Positions 54,013-63,270 of a stretch of 64,000 nucleotides of DNA are shown here, in pieces (position 1 is the first letter of the stretch; every line of letters starts with the position of its first letter). This DNA comes from Aestuariivirgaceae bacterium (GTDB taxonomy: Bacteria; Pseudomonadota; Alphaproteobacteria; Rhizobiales; Aestuariivirgaceae). The translations under genes and the position numbers were made by a program. The stretch lies in assembly GCA_036555325.1 (NCBI GenBank), contig DATBLQ010000038.1, positions 38,623-102,622 of the forward strand, given 5' to 3'. Below the pieces are notes generated by a model. That model did no database searches. It was given only the letters and a program-made list of their open reading frames with translations, and had not been told where the DNA came from.

Positions 54013-55983
54013 ATGGCAGCAAGGAAGCCCAAACGTGCCATCAAGCTGTTCGGAACAGAAATAACGGATAGCAAGGGCAAGGAACTTCGCGCCGGTCCGA
54101 TTTCGGTCATGCTCGACAACGGTGCGCTGCGCTATATCAAACTTTCCGATGTCGAAGTGCTGCGCGCCATTGCTTTTCTCGTGCGCGATGAAAATTGGGG
54201 CACCTACACTCCGGAAATCACTAACCAGAAAATAAAGCAGTCGCGAGAAGGCTTCACCGTGTCGTATGACGCCAGGTGCGGCGAAGCGGAAAAAGCACTC
54301 AAGTATCATGCGGAAGTCTCGGCGTCGGCGGATGGAAAGCTGTCGTTTGTCGCCAATGCGACGCCGGAAAGCGATTTCCGCACCAACCGGACAGGGTTCA
54401 TCGTTCTGCATCCGCTAAAGGGGGTTGCGGGCTGTCCGGTTGAAATCGAACATGTGGATGGAAAGCGGGCGAAAGACAGATTTCCAGCCATCATCGATCC
54501 AGTGCAACCCTTCATGAATGTTAGGGCAATGCGGCACAAGGTTATGCCGGGCGTTTTCGCAAGTTGCCGAATGGAGGGAGATGCGTTCGAAACCGAGGAT
54601 CACCGCAACTGGACGGATGCCTCATTCAAAACCTATGTCCGGCCCTTAGAGCTGCCCTGGCCTTATACATTGCGCGGAGGCCAGTCCTTTACGCAATCCG
54701 TGACGCTAACCTTCTCTGGAAAACTTCCCAAAGGAAAAGCGGCGGGACGGGCGAAAGCGGCAACGATAACCCTTGGCCGCGGTGCGGGAAGACTGCCAGA
54801 CATTGCTGTTGCCGTTTCCGCCGCGTTGGCAAAGGATGCAGTGGCGCAGGCGCAGCTTCTGAAGCAAGCAAAGCCAAGCCGGCTCCTCTGCGAAATTGAC
54901 GCGAGAGAGGCGAACGTCGCTGAATTGGCCAAGACTTACCGTGAGCTCTCGGCTCTGACCGGGGCTTCTGTGACGTTGGAAATCATTTTGCCAGGCGTAG
55001 GCGACCCGGCTTCCGAGATCAAACCGGTGGGAGAGGCGGTCAGAGCAAGCGGTCTCAAACCCGAAGCTGTCGTTGTGTCTCCCGCCGTCGATCTCAAGGC
55101 CATATTGCCCGGCAGCGAAGGCTCGGGAGCAGCGCCATTGGATCAGATTTATCGGGCCGCACGCGCTGCGTTTCCCAATGCCAAGCTCGGCGGAGGCATG
55201 TTCTCGTTCTTCACCGAGCTCAACCGCAAGCGTCCGCCGGCGGAGCTGCTCGATTTCGTCACCCACACCACGTGTCCAATCGTTCACGCCGCCGACGACA
55301 TTTCAGTCATGGAGACGCATGAAGCATTGCCGTATGTAGTGCAATCGACACGGGCGATCATAGGGAAGGACAAACCCTATCATGTCGGCCCAAGCACCAT
55401 TGCGGCACGCTTCAATCCGTACGGGCCGTCAACGGCAAGCAATCCACATAATGGCCGCGTCTGCCTTGCGGACTCCGACCCGAGGCACAGGGGACTTTAC
55501 GGTGCGGCCTGGACCCTCGGTTATGTGACAGCCCTTGCCTACAGCGGCATCGATCAAGTGAGCGCCAGCGCAGCAACCGGCCCGAGGGGTCTTATTCCTC
55601 GGCGATCCGACCGTGGCCAGCCTTATTTCGACTCCTTGCGCGGAAGCGCAGTATTTCCGCTTTATCATGTGATCGCTGGGCTGGCGCGGGCACGCGGGGC
55701 CAAACTGACCGCCGTCAAAAATTCCGATGGCGGTATCGCTGCACTGGCCTATGGGTCTGGTAAAACCCGGACGCTCTGGCTGGCGAACATGTCGGGAGAC
55801 AAGACGAAAATCAAAATAAGCGGCTTCGATGGTCGCGCGCACCTGCATCTGCTCGATGAATCCTCGTTTGAGGCCTCCACAACGGACCCGGCATTCTTCG
55901 ACAAGGGCGGCAAGGTGCTGAAACGGGTTTCAACCATCGAGCTTGGACCTTATGCAGTTGCCAGGCTTAGTGCGGAGGCTTGA
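54013..55983 (+). CDS. Conserved-looking hypothetical protein, 656 aa, cytoplasmic, two-domain. Last gene of the sugar-type ABC operon.
   Basis: GAGGAA precedes the ATG, 13 nt after the ATPase stop. There is no signal peptide or TM segment. A beta-rich N-terminal region of ~230 aa, an Ala/Lys/Gly linker, and a C-terminal region of ~400 aa. I cannot assign a family. Confidence 0.75.
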   Translation: MAARKPKRAIKLFGTEITDSKGKELRAGPISVMLDNGALRYIKLSDVEVLRAIAFLVRDENWGTYTPEITNQKIKQSREGFTVSYDARCGEAEKALKYHAEVSASADGKLSFVANATPESDFRTNRTGFIVLHPLKGVAGCPVEIEHVDGKRAKDRFPAIIDPVQPFMNVRAMRHKVMPGVFASCRMEGDAFETEDHRNWTDASFKTYVRPLELPWPYTLRGGQSFTQSVTLTFSGKLPKGKAAGRAKAATITLGRGAGRLPDIAVAVSAALAKDAVAQAQLLKQAKPSRLLCEIDAREANVAELAKTYRELSALTGASVTLEIILPGVGDPASEIKPVGEAVRASGLKPEAVVVSPAVDLKAILPGSEGSGAAPLDQIYRAARAAFPNAKLGGGMFSFFTELNRKRPPAELLDFVTHTTCPIVHAADDISVMETHEALPYVVQSTRAIIGKDKPYHVGPSTIAARFNPYGPSTASNPHNGRVCLADSDPRHRGLYGAAWTLGYVTALAYSGIDQVSASAATGPRGLIPRRSDRGQPYFDSLRGSAVFPLYHVIAGLARARGAKLTAVKNSDGGIAALAYGSGKTRTLWLANMSGDKTKIKISGFDGRAHLHLLDESSFEASTTDPAFFDKGGKVLKRVSTIELGPYAVARLSAEA

Positions 55984-55996
55984 AAATAAATGCTCG

Positions 55997-56024
55997 CTGG
56001 CTTCGGCGTGATCGCTGAAGCCAG
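55997..56024 (+). terminator. Hairpin after the 656-aa gene (weak terminator candidate)
   Basis: CTGGCTTC-ggcgtgatcgct-GAAGCCAG, with further inner pairing possible. No T-tract. Confidence 0.3.
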
Positions 56025-56152
56025 TCAAACTTGACCCACCAGAGCATCGCTGATTAAATCGACTTGGCCGGATGACCGCGCAAACGGCGGTTTCGAAGTA
56101 GAACCAAAAACCCGGCGTATCTAGAGTGGAACACCTAGCACAGGGCACAATC

Positions 56153-57304
56153 ATGAGCGACTCGAAGACTTTTCTTGACGCTGCAGTTGCACTTTCACGA
56201 ACGTCATCGCTTTCTCGTCGGCAGCTTGTTGCCGGCGCTGCCGTGCTGGGTGGCGTTGCCACGCTGGGACTAGGGCCGCGGCCTGCAAAGGCGGCAACGA
56301 CCATGACGTGGATGGGCTGGCAAGGTTATGAGACACCGATCAAGGCCGGCTCCTTTTTGAAGGACAACGACATCGACTTTCAGCCCACCTTCATCTCCTC
56401 AAACGAGGAGATTATCACCAAGCTGCAGGCGGGAGGGGTTGGCAAAACCGACCTCATCACCATGTACTTCGGCTATCTGCCGCTGATGGCCGAAGGCAAC
56501 TTGCTCGAACCCCTCGATCCAGCGCGCATCGAGCAGTTTGGCGATCTCATTCCGCAGTTCACCGCTCAGGAAGTCATTCGCAAGGACGGCAAGCTGTATG
56601 GAGTGCCATGGAACTGGGGATCGTTGCCGTTGATGTACGACCCCGCCCAGGTCGCCGCGCCCCCCGAGAGCTGGCTTGACCTGATGAAACCGGAATTCAA
56701 AGGCAAGGTTGCGATGGTCGATGACCCCTTGGGCAATCTGCTGATATGGGGAACGGTCGTTACCGGAAAGCCGATGGGCACGCTCCTGACACGGGAAGAG
56801 CTGAAGAAGGTCATCGATACGCTGATCGACCTCAAGAAGAACCAGGCGCGAGCGTTCTTTGCTTCCTATGGCGACATGGCGGATGCCTTTGCCCGCAACG
56901 AAGTATCGGCAAGTGCCATCGGCTGGGAGGCGGTAGCAGTTTGGACTCAAGGTAAGGGAAAGACCATCAAGTACACGATACCGAAGGAGGGCACCGGCAT
57001 GTTCATGGACTGCTTGTGTATTCCCAAGGATTGCCCGCACGTGGACCTGACCTACAAGATGATCAATCACATCATTTCACCGGAACCGCAGAAGATATTT
57101 GCAGTCGAGCAGAGCGCCGGCATCACCAACTTGAAAGCAGTGCCATTGCTCCCGGCCGAACTCGCGCAGTCCTACAACTATTCCGATCTCGACAACTTCA
57201 TGAAGAAAGCCAGGCTGCAACCCGTCCCCCCGACGGAGTATGACGGCACGATCGCGACCTACGATGATTTTCTGCAGGAGTATGCTCGGCTGCAGAAGGC
57301 CTGA
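56153..57304 (+). CDS. ABC transporter substrate-binding protein, PotD/PotF family, Tat signal
   Basis: Leader SLSRRQLVAGAAVLGGVATLGLGPRPAKA, then a PotD-like body. Confidence 0.85.
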   Translation: MSDSKTFLDAAVALSRTSSLSRRQLVAGAAVLGGVATLGLGPRPAKAATTMTWMGWQGYETPIKAGSFLKDNDIDFQPTFISSNEEIITKLQAGGVGKTDLITMYFGYLPLMAEGNLLEPLDPARIEQFGDLIPQFTAQEVIRKDGKLYGVPWNWGSLPLMYDPAQVAAPPESWLDLMKPEFKGKVAMVDDPLGNLLIWGTVVTGKPMGTLLTREELKKVIDTLIDLKKNQARAFFASYGDMADAFARNEVSASAIGWEAVAVWTQGKGKTIKYTIPKEGTGMFMDCLCIPKDCPHVDLTYKMINHIISPEPQKIFAVEQSAGITNLKAVPLLPAELAQSYNYSDLDNFMKKARLQPVPPTEYDGTIATYDDFLQEYARLQKA

Positions 57305-57313
57305 CTTGTTGCT

Positions 57314-58174
57314 GTGCGGATCGTCGCTCGTTCCAAAAGGGGAGCGCCATCGCACGTGCTGCCGGTGGTGCCGGCGGTGCTGGCATGGATCTTTCTCTTT
57401 GCCGGACCGTTAGCCTATTTCCTGGTGATCAGCTTCTGGTCGGTGAAAGCGCGCATCATGCGTCCCGACTTCACGGCCAAGAATTACGTGGCAGCGATAA
57501 CCGAGTATGGCGATGTTTTGGTGCACACCCTGGTGATAGGGCTGGTCATCGCAACGGTGACAACTATCCTCGCTTACGCCTTTGCTTTTGCAATACGCTT
57601 TCGCGCCGGCCGTTTTGGCGATGCGCTGCTGTTGCTGACGCTGATAACGCTCTTTGGCGGGTATCTGGTGAAAATCTATGCCTGGAAAAGCATCCTGGGC
57701 CGCGATGGCATCATCAATGGAGTTCTAAGGGGACTGGGAGTAATCGAAGAGCCGCTTTCGTTCTTTATCTACAGTGCGAATGGAGTGATCATCACGCTCA
57801 CTTATTTCCTGCTGCCGTTCGCCGTATTGCCGATCTACGGCAGCATGCGGGCTATCCCCGACAGCTTGATCGAAGCGGCGCGCGATCTCGGGGCGGGAGC
57901 GTTCCGTGCCTCTTGCGACATTGTCCTGCCGATGAGCGAGCGCGGCCTGGCAGCCGCATTCCTGCTAACCTTCCTGATATCGGTGGGGGATTACGTCACT
58001 CCGCGCTATGTCGGCGGGGGGACCTCGATGATGGGTCACTTCATCGAAACGCAGTTTTCATTCGGCTTCAACTGGCCAATGGGAAGCGCCATGGCGTTTA
58101 CGCTCATGGCCGCATCGCTTCTCATGTTCGCAGCCTGCCGGTTCATGTTCCGGCAAGTTATTCAGGGCAGATAA
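57314..58174 (+). CDS. ABC transporter permease (PotB-like)
   Basis: GTG start 9 nt after the SBP stop. EAA loop IEAARDLGAGAFRASCDIVLP. Confidence 0.85.
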   Translation: MRIVARSKRGAPSHVLPVVPAVLAWIFLFAGPLAYFLVISFWSVKARIMRPDFTAKNYVAAITEYGDVLVHTLVIGLVIATVTTILAYAFAFAIRFRAGRFGDALLLLTLITLFGGYLVKIYAWKSILGRDGIINGVLRGLGVIEEPLSFFIYSANGVIITLTYFLLPFAVLPIYGSMRAIPDSLIEAARDLGAGAFRASCDIVLPMSERGLAAAFLLTFLISVGDYVTPRYVGGGTSMMGHFIETQFSFGFNWPMGSAMAFTLMAASLLMFAACRFMFRQVIQGR

Positions 58175-58953
58175 TGGGGCGAGTGGCGCAAGCGTCGTGG
58201 GCATGCTTCATAGGCCTCATCGTAGTGTTCCTCACCTTCCCACTCTTCCTAGTCGTCCTGTTCAGCTTCAACGTATCGGCGCTAACGAGTTTTCCGCTGA
58301 CAGGCTTCACGCTCGGGTGGTATCAACGTCTCCTCGAAAACGAAAGTTTCTGGCCAGCACTGCGAGCCAGCCTGACAGTGGGGATGGTGGTGTCGGTACT
58401 TTCCGTTACCATCGGAACGCTCGCCGCCCTCGGCTTGGCTCGCATGAGACAACGGTGGGTGATGATCGTCATGACAGCGCTCATGGCGCCAATGATGCTG
58501 CCTGCGCTCATCATCGGTGTTGCGCTGCTTTCCTATTTCGTTCGCTTTCTGGGTGTGCCGCTGGGGCTTCCTACCGTTATTCTCAGTCATCTGGTGATCG
58601 TCGAGCCGTTTGTGATCGCAATCGTATATTCGCGGCTCGTGTCGTTCGACTGGTCGCTGGTGGAATCGGCGCAAGACCTCGGTGCTTCTGCAGTTCGCAC
58701 CTTCTTCACGATAACGCTGCCGATCATTCAGCCGACGATCGTGGGGGCTGCTCTCGTGGCTCTCTCCCTTTCGCTCGACGATTTCGTGATAACCTTTTTC
58801 ACCATCGGCAGCGGCAATACGTTGCCGACGATGGTTTGGGGGATGGTGCGCACATCACTCGATCCGTCGATCAATGCGATCGCGACTCTCTTGATATTGT
58901 TAAGCATTGGATCTACGGCACTGGCGCTCTCGATCAGCAAGTATCGCGGCTAG
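58174..58953 (+). CDS. ABC transporter permease (PotC-like)
   Basis: ATG 58174 overlaps the upstream TAA. EAA loop VESAQDLGASAVRTFFTITLPIIQP. Track ORF 57385..58953 is this gene plus a spurious out-of-frame extension across the previous permease. Confidence 0.85.
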   Translation: MGRVAQASWACFIGLIVVFLTFPLFLVVLFSFNVSALTSFPLTGFTLGWYQRLLENESFWPALRASLTVGMVVSVLSVTIGTLAALGLARMRQRWVMIVMTALMAPMMLPALIIGVALLSYFVRFLGVPLGLPTVILSHLVIVEPFVIAIVYSRLVSFDWSLVESAQDLGASAVRTFFTITLPIIQPTIVGAALVALSLSLDDFVITFFTIGSGNTLPTMVWGMVRTSLDPSINAIATLLILLSIGSTALALSISKYRG

Positions 58954-58954
58954 T

Positions 58955-59722
58955 ATGATTCGATTCGACTATACCGGCAAAACAGTGCTGGTGACGGGCG
59001 CGGGACGGGGGCTAGGCTTCGCCATTGCGCAGGCTTTCGCTAAAGCGAGGGCTACCGTGATTCTCAACGATCGGACGCCGGAGAAAGTGGAGGTTGCTAT
59101 TCGCCGGCTCGGCGACAGCGGGATGGTGATTGGAGCACCTGCTGATCTGTCGAGCCCGCAAGGCAGCGCGCAAGCGATCGCTCCGGCTTTGGGCAAGGGC
59201 TCGCTCGATGTGCTCGTAAACAATGCGGCCGTCAATATCGAGCGATCGATCGAAAACACGAGTGATGCTCATTGGGATGAACATATCGGAGTGGTGCTCG
59301 GCGCTCCGTTCTTTACCGCGAAAGCTGCGTTGCCGCTTCTGATCCAATCACAGGGATGTATCATCAATATAGCATCCGAGCTCGGTCTTCATGCAATCGC
59401 AAACAATGTTGCCTATGTTTCGGCCAAGCACGGTTTGTTGGCTCTTACTCGGGCGCTCGCCATCGAACTTGCTCCACACAAGGTAAGGGTCAATGCTCTG
59501 TGTCCGGGAACCATGGATACCGAGCTGATGCAGGAGTGTGCCGCCGACAGCGGCGACCCAGAGGCGTACTACAGAGATTTCCGGGCTTATCATCCCTTGA
59601 ACAGACTGGCACGGCCTGAAGAAGTGGCGGAGTTCGTGCTCTGCCTAGCATCGCCCGCTGCGGCCTTCATGACGGGCGCGGCCGTCGTTCTGGATGGCGG
59701 CAGCACGGCTGGGCGAATGTGA
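58955..59722 (+). CDS. Short-chain dehydrogenase/reductase
   Basis: Motifs TGAGRGLGFAIA, NNAA and YVSAKHG (YxxxK). Starts 1 nt after the permease stop. Confidence 0.9.
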   Translation: MIRFDYTGKTVLVTGAGRGLGFAIAQAFAKARATVILNDRTPEKVEVAIRRLGDSGMVIGAPADLSSPQGSAQAIAPALGKGSLDVLVNNAAVNIERSIENTSDAHWDEHIGVVLGAPFFTAKAALPLLIQSQGCIINIASELGLHAIANNVAYVSAKHGLLALTRALAIELAPHKVRVNALCPGTMDTELMQECAADSGDPEAYYRDFRAYHPLNRLARPEEVAEFVLCLASPAAAFMTGAAVVLDGGSTAGRM

Positions 59723-60484
59723 ATGGCAGACAAGTTTGCAAATCGGCGAATTTTGATTACCGGTTCCACACGCGGACTGGGCTACGCTGCGGCGCAGGAG
59801 TTTCTGGAGCAGGGCGCAGAGGTTGTCATTCATGGCAAGGATGAGTCGCGGGTAAGAAAAGTTACATCGGAGTTGGCAAACGCTTATCGCGCAAGGGCGC
59901 GTGGTTTTGCCGCCGACCTTAACAGCCGGACTGAACAGGATCGCCTTGCGGAGTTCGCCGGCGAGCTCGATGTGCTGGTGAATTGCGCCGGTGTCTATGA
60001 AGAAAGATTTTGTGCCGACGCCACGGAAAATCACTGGAAAGACACCATCGAAATCAACCTCACCGCTGCGTGGCGGCTTGCGCGAGCGCTGTCTCCGGGG
60101 CTGAAGGCGAGGAACGGCGTCATCGTGAATATCGGTTCCGATTCGGCGCTCTTGGGATTTGCCGGCTCGGTTGCCTATTGCGCTTCCAAGGGGGCGTTGG
60201 TGGGGCTTACGCGAGCGTTGGCAGTCGAGCTTGCGCCGCACGTCCGAGCGCTGTGCGTCTGCCCCGGTCCGGTGGACACCGACATGATGCGCAACAGCGT
60301 TGCCGCTCAACCCGACCCAGTTGCCGCCCGTAGGCAGTGGGAGTCCTTTCCGATTCTGAAGCGCGTTGCAACTCCGAAGGAGATTGCAGAGGCAATCCTG
60401 TTTGCCGCATCGCCCACGTGTAGTTTCCAGACGGGCAGCCTGATTGTCGTCGATGGTGGAACAACTGCAGGTCGTATCGTCTAG
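59723..60484 (+). CDS. Short-chain dehydrogenase/reductase (paralogue of the preceding gene)
   Basis: Motifs TGSTRGLGYAAA, NCAG and YCASKGA (YxxxK). The ATG directly abuts the upstream TGA. Confidence 0.9.
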   Translation: MADKFANRRILITGSTRGLGYAAAQEFLEQGAEVVIHGKDESRVRKVTSELANAYRARARGFAADLNSRTEQDRLAEFAGELDVLVNCAGVYEERFCADATENHWKDTIEINLTAAWRLARALSPGLKARNGVIVNIGSDSALLGFAGSVAYCASKGALVGLTRALAVELAPHVRALCVCPGPVDTDMMRNSVAAQPDPVAARRQWESFPILKRVATPKEIAEAILFAASPTCSFQTGSLIVVDGGTTAGRIV

Positions 60485-60649
60485 GAGAACCCCTAGGCCT
60501 CTTTTGCATTCCGCGCAGCCCTCAATTCATCGCAACCCGGCGCGCCACTGGCGCATTGCCACAGCGGTGGCAGGTGGCACCATGAGGAGGGGGCATGTCA
60601 TATTGAGCCAAGGGCCTTCTCACTCCGGGCATGGATGCGTTGCAATTTC

Positions 60650-63160
60650 ATGAGCAGTCTCAAAGCATATCGTGAAAAGCGTGATTTCCGAAAGACGACG
60701 GAGCCTGCTCCGCGACGCACCCGCAAAGGCGGGAACCAGTTCGTTGTTCAGAAGCACGACGCGCGCCGCCTGCATTTCGATCTCCGGCTTGAACTCGACG
60801 GTGTGCTGAAGAGCTGGGCCATCACCCGCGGACCGAGTCTGGTGCCGGGAGAAAAACGCTTGGCCGTGCAGACAGAGGATCACCCCATGGAATATCTCGA
60901 GTGGGAGGGAGTGATTCCCAAAGGCGAATACGGCGGCGGCACGATGATCGTTTGGGATCGCGGCACTTGGGCGCCCGACGGCGATCCTCACACGGGATTG
61001 GCGAAGGGAAAGCTCGATTTTTCACTCGCGGGGCAGCGGCTCAAGGGCAGGTGGCACCTGGTGCGCATGCGACGCCGACCCTCAGACAGCAAAGATCAGT
61101 GGCTTCTCATCAAAGGGTCCGATGAATTTGCAAGGCGTTCCGGCGAACCTGAGATTGTCGAGGAGGAACATTCCTCCATTCTTTCCGATCGAACAAACGC
61201 CGATCTGGCAGCGGAGGGGACAATCCGGCCCGATCATGCGGCACGGCGAGCGAAGACGGCTCGAGGGGTGAAATGGTCGCCCATCGTGTCCAAGCTCAAA
61301 GGAGCGCGCAAGGCCATTCTGTCGGTGTTCGTGGAGCCGAGCCTTGCGGTACTGAAGGAGCAACCGCCCAACGGCAAGAAATGGATCCACGAGATCAAGT
61401 TCGACGGATACAGGATACAAGCCCGAATCGACGGAAGCCGGCTGCAGCTTTTGACGCGCAAAGGCCTCGATTGGACGAAGCGCTTCCCGGCAGTTTCGCG
61501 TGCGCTGAAGGAGGTGCCGCTTGGCTCTGCACTCATCGATGGGGAGGTGATCGTACAGGATGAGCGTGGGCTATCCAGCTTCAGCGGGTTGCAAACTGAT
61601 CTCAAATCCGGCCGGCATGATCGGATGGCCTATTTCGTTTTCGACCTCCTCTATTGCGAGGGTGTGGATATCCGGGGCGTGGATCTGGCGGAGCGACGAA
61701 AGGTATTGCGGGACGTTCTCGAAGCATTGCCGGCCGATTCGATCGTGAAATTCAGCGACCATCTCGAAGGCGACGGCAAGGAGGTGTTGGCTCATGCTTG
61801 CAAGCTCGGACTGGAGGGCATTGTTTCAAAACGAATTGACCTTCCCTATATCTCGGGGCGCGGGGAGCACTGGATAAAGGCCAAATGCGTATTGGGACAG
61901 GAGTTGGTCGTCCTGGGGTATGTCCCATCAACTGCCCTGCGAGGTGCCATAGGATCGCTGGTGCTTGGCTATTATGACGGCAAGGACCTTGTCCACGCAG
62001 GACGATCGGGCACCGGTTTTTCAGCCGACCAGGCGGTGGCTCTGCGCAAGCAGTTTGATGAGCTTCCGCGCGTCACACCTAATTTCAGAGCGCAACCAAC
62101 TAAAGCCTCGATGAAAGATGTGAAGTGGATCGAGCCGCGCTATATCGCCGACGTAGAGTTTCGAGGCTGGACGAACGATGGCCTGCTGCGCCAGGCAGCG
62201 TTCAAAGGATTGCGCGAAGACAAAGCACCAACCGAGGTGCGGCTCGAAACGGCGCGGGGCCAGCCCAGCCGCACTCCTGTGCGGCCCGAGGTGCGTCTTA
62301 CCCATCCGGAACGGATTCTTTGGGAGCGCGAGGGAATTACGAAGCAGGGGCTTGCCGATTTCTACACGGCAATCGCATCGTGGATTCTTCCTCACGTAAC
62401 CGAGCGCGTGCTGAGCCTCGTAAGATGCCCCTCGGGAATCGAAGGGCAATGCTTTTACGCCAAACACGCCTGGGGCGGGTTAAGCGAGCATTTGCACCGC
62501 ATCGATGTCGGGGAAGACAAGCCGATGCTGGCCATCGACGATCTAGAGGGCTTGATTTCTCTGGTGCAGGCTGGCGTGGTGGAGATCCACCCTTGGGGAT
62601 CACCGATCCGCGACCTAGAGCGTCCAGATCGTTTGATTTTCGATCTCGACCCCGGAGAAGAGGTTGATTGGAGCAGCGTGATCACCGCCGCTTTCGAAAT
62701 CCGTGACCGCCTTGAGCGACATGGGCTCAAGAGCTTCGTGAAGACTACCGGCGGCAAAGGTCTGCACGTGGTCGCGCCGATCAGGCCTCGAGCGAGCTGG
62801 GACGATGTCAAGAGCTTCACGAAGATTGTTGCCGAGGACATGGTTGCCGACAACCCGGAGCTCTATGTGGCAAAGATGACCAAGCGCCTTCGCTCGGGGA
62901 GAATCTTCGTCGACTACCTGCGCAACAGCAGAGGTGCCACGGCAATCGCCGCCTATTCCACCAGAGCAAGGCCAGGCGCACCCGTCTCGACTCCGCTTGC
63001 CTGGGACGAACTCTCCACCGCCATCAGATCGAACCACTATACGGTTGCCAATCTGCAGCAGCGCCTCGACCATTTGAGCAGCGATCCGTGGGAGGGGTTC
63101 TTTTCGCTGCGTCAGTCTCTGCCACCCGCATCCAAGCGCGGACAGCGAAGGCCGAACTAG
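60650..63160 (+). CDS. ligD: Multidomain ATP-dependent DNA ligase D (phosphoesterase - ligase - polymerase/primase)
   Basis: N-terminal PE domain (FVVQKHDARRLHFDLRLELDGVLKSWA), ligase motif I EIKFDGYR, and a C-terminal LigD-Pol domain (DLDP, KTTGGKGLHVV, VDYLRN). Confidence 0.9.
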   Translation: MSSLKAYREKRDFRKTTEPAPRRTRKGGNQFVVQKHDARRLHFDLRLELDGVLKSWAITRGPSLVPGEKRLAVQTEDHPMEYLEWEGVIPKGEYGGGTMIVWDRGTWAPDGDPHTGLAKGKLDFSLAGQRLKGRWHLVRMRRRPSDSKDQWLLIKGSDEFARRSGEPEIVEEEHSSILSDRTNADLAAEGTIRPDHAARRAKTARGVKWSPIVSKLKGARKAILSVFVEPSLAVLKEQPPNGKKWIHEIKFDGYRIQARIDGSRLQLLTRKGLDWTKRFPAVSRALKEVPLGSALIDGEVIVQDERGLSSFSGLQTDLKSGRHDRMAYFVFDLLYCEGVDIRGVDLAERRKVLRDVLEALPADSIVKFSDHLEGDGKEVLAHACKLGLEGIVSKRIDLPYISGRGEHWIKAKCVLGQELVVLGYVPSTALRGAIGSLVLGYYDGKDLVHAGRSGTGFSADQAVALRKQFDELPRVTPNFRAQPTKASMKDVKWIEPRYIADVEFRGWTNDGLLRQAAFKGLREDKAPTEVRLETARGQPSRTPVRPEVRLTHPERILWEREGITKQGLADFYTAIASWILPHVTERVLSLVRCPSGIEGQCFYAKHAWGGLSEHLHRIDVGEDKPMLAIDDLEGLISLVQAGVVEIHPWGSPIRDLERPDRLIFDLDPGEEVDWSSVITAAFEIRDRLERHGLKSFVKTTGGKGLHVVAPIRPRASWDDVKSFTKIVAEDMVADNPELYVAKMTKRLRSGRIFVDYLRNSRGATAIAAYSTRARPGAPVSTPLAWDELSTAIRSNHYTVANLQQRLDHLSSDPWEGFFSLRQSLPPASKRGQRRPN

Positions 63161-63270
63161 CGCACCCTCGGTTGTGGGGGAACCTTCTTCACCTGAAAAG
63201 CCTCTTGGTTTGCGCTTTTGTTCCAGCCCGGCTATCAGGCAATGGGTGGGGGAACCGAAAAAGGACAAAG

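Noticed and set aside
57385-58173. Track ORF 57385..58953 (522 aa), which looks like one very large protein
   Set aside because: Its first 263 codons are an alternative frame of the PotB-like permease gene, with Arg/Gly/Cys-rich nonsense. The real PotC-like gene starts at ATG 58174, overlapping the upstream TAA. ORF 58197..58958 is likewise a shadow frame.
60540-60600. Nested GCCAC/GTGGC inverted repeats upstream of ligD as a regulatory element or ncRNA
   Set aside because: The stems are short (5-6 bp) and GC-rich, as expected by chance in this composition, and match no motif I know.
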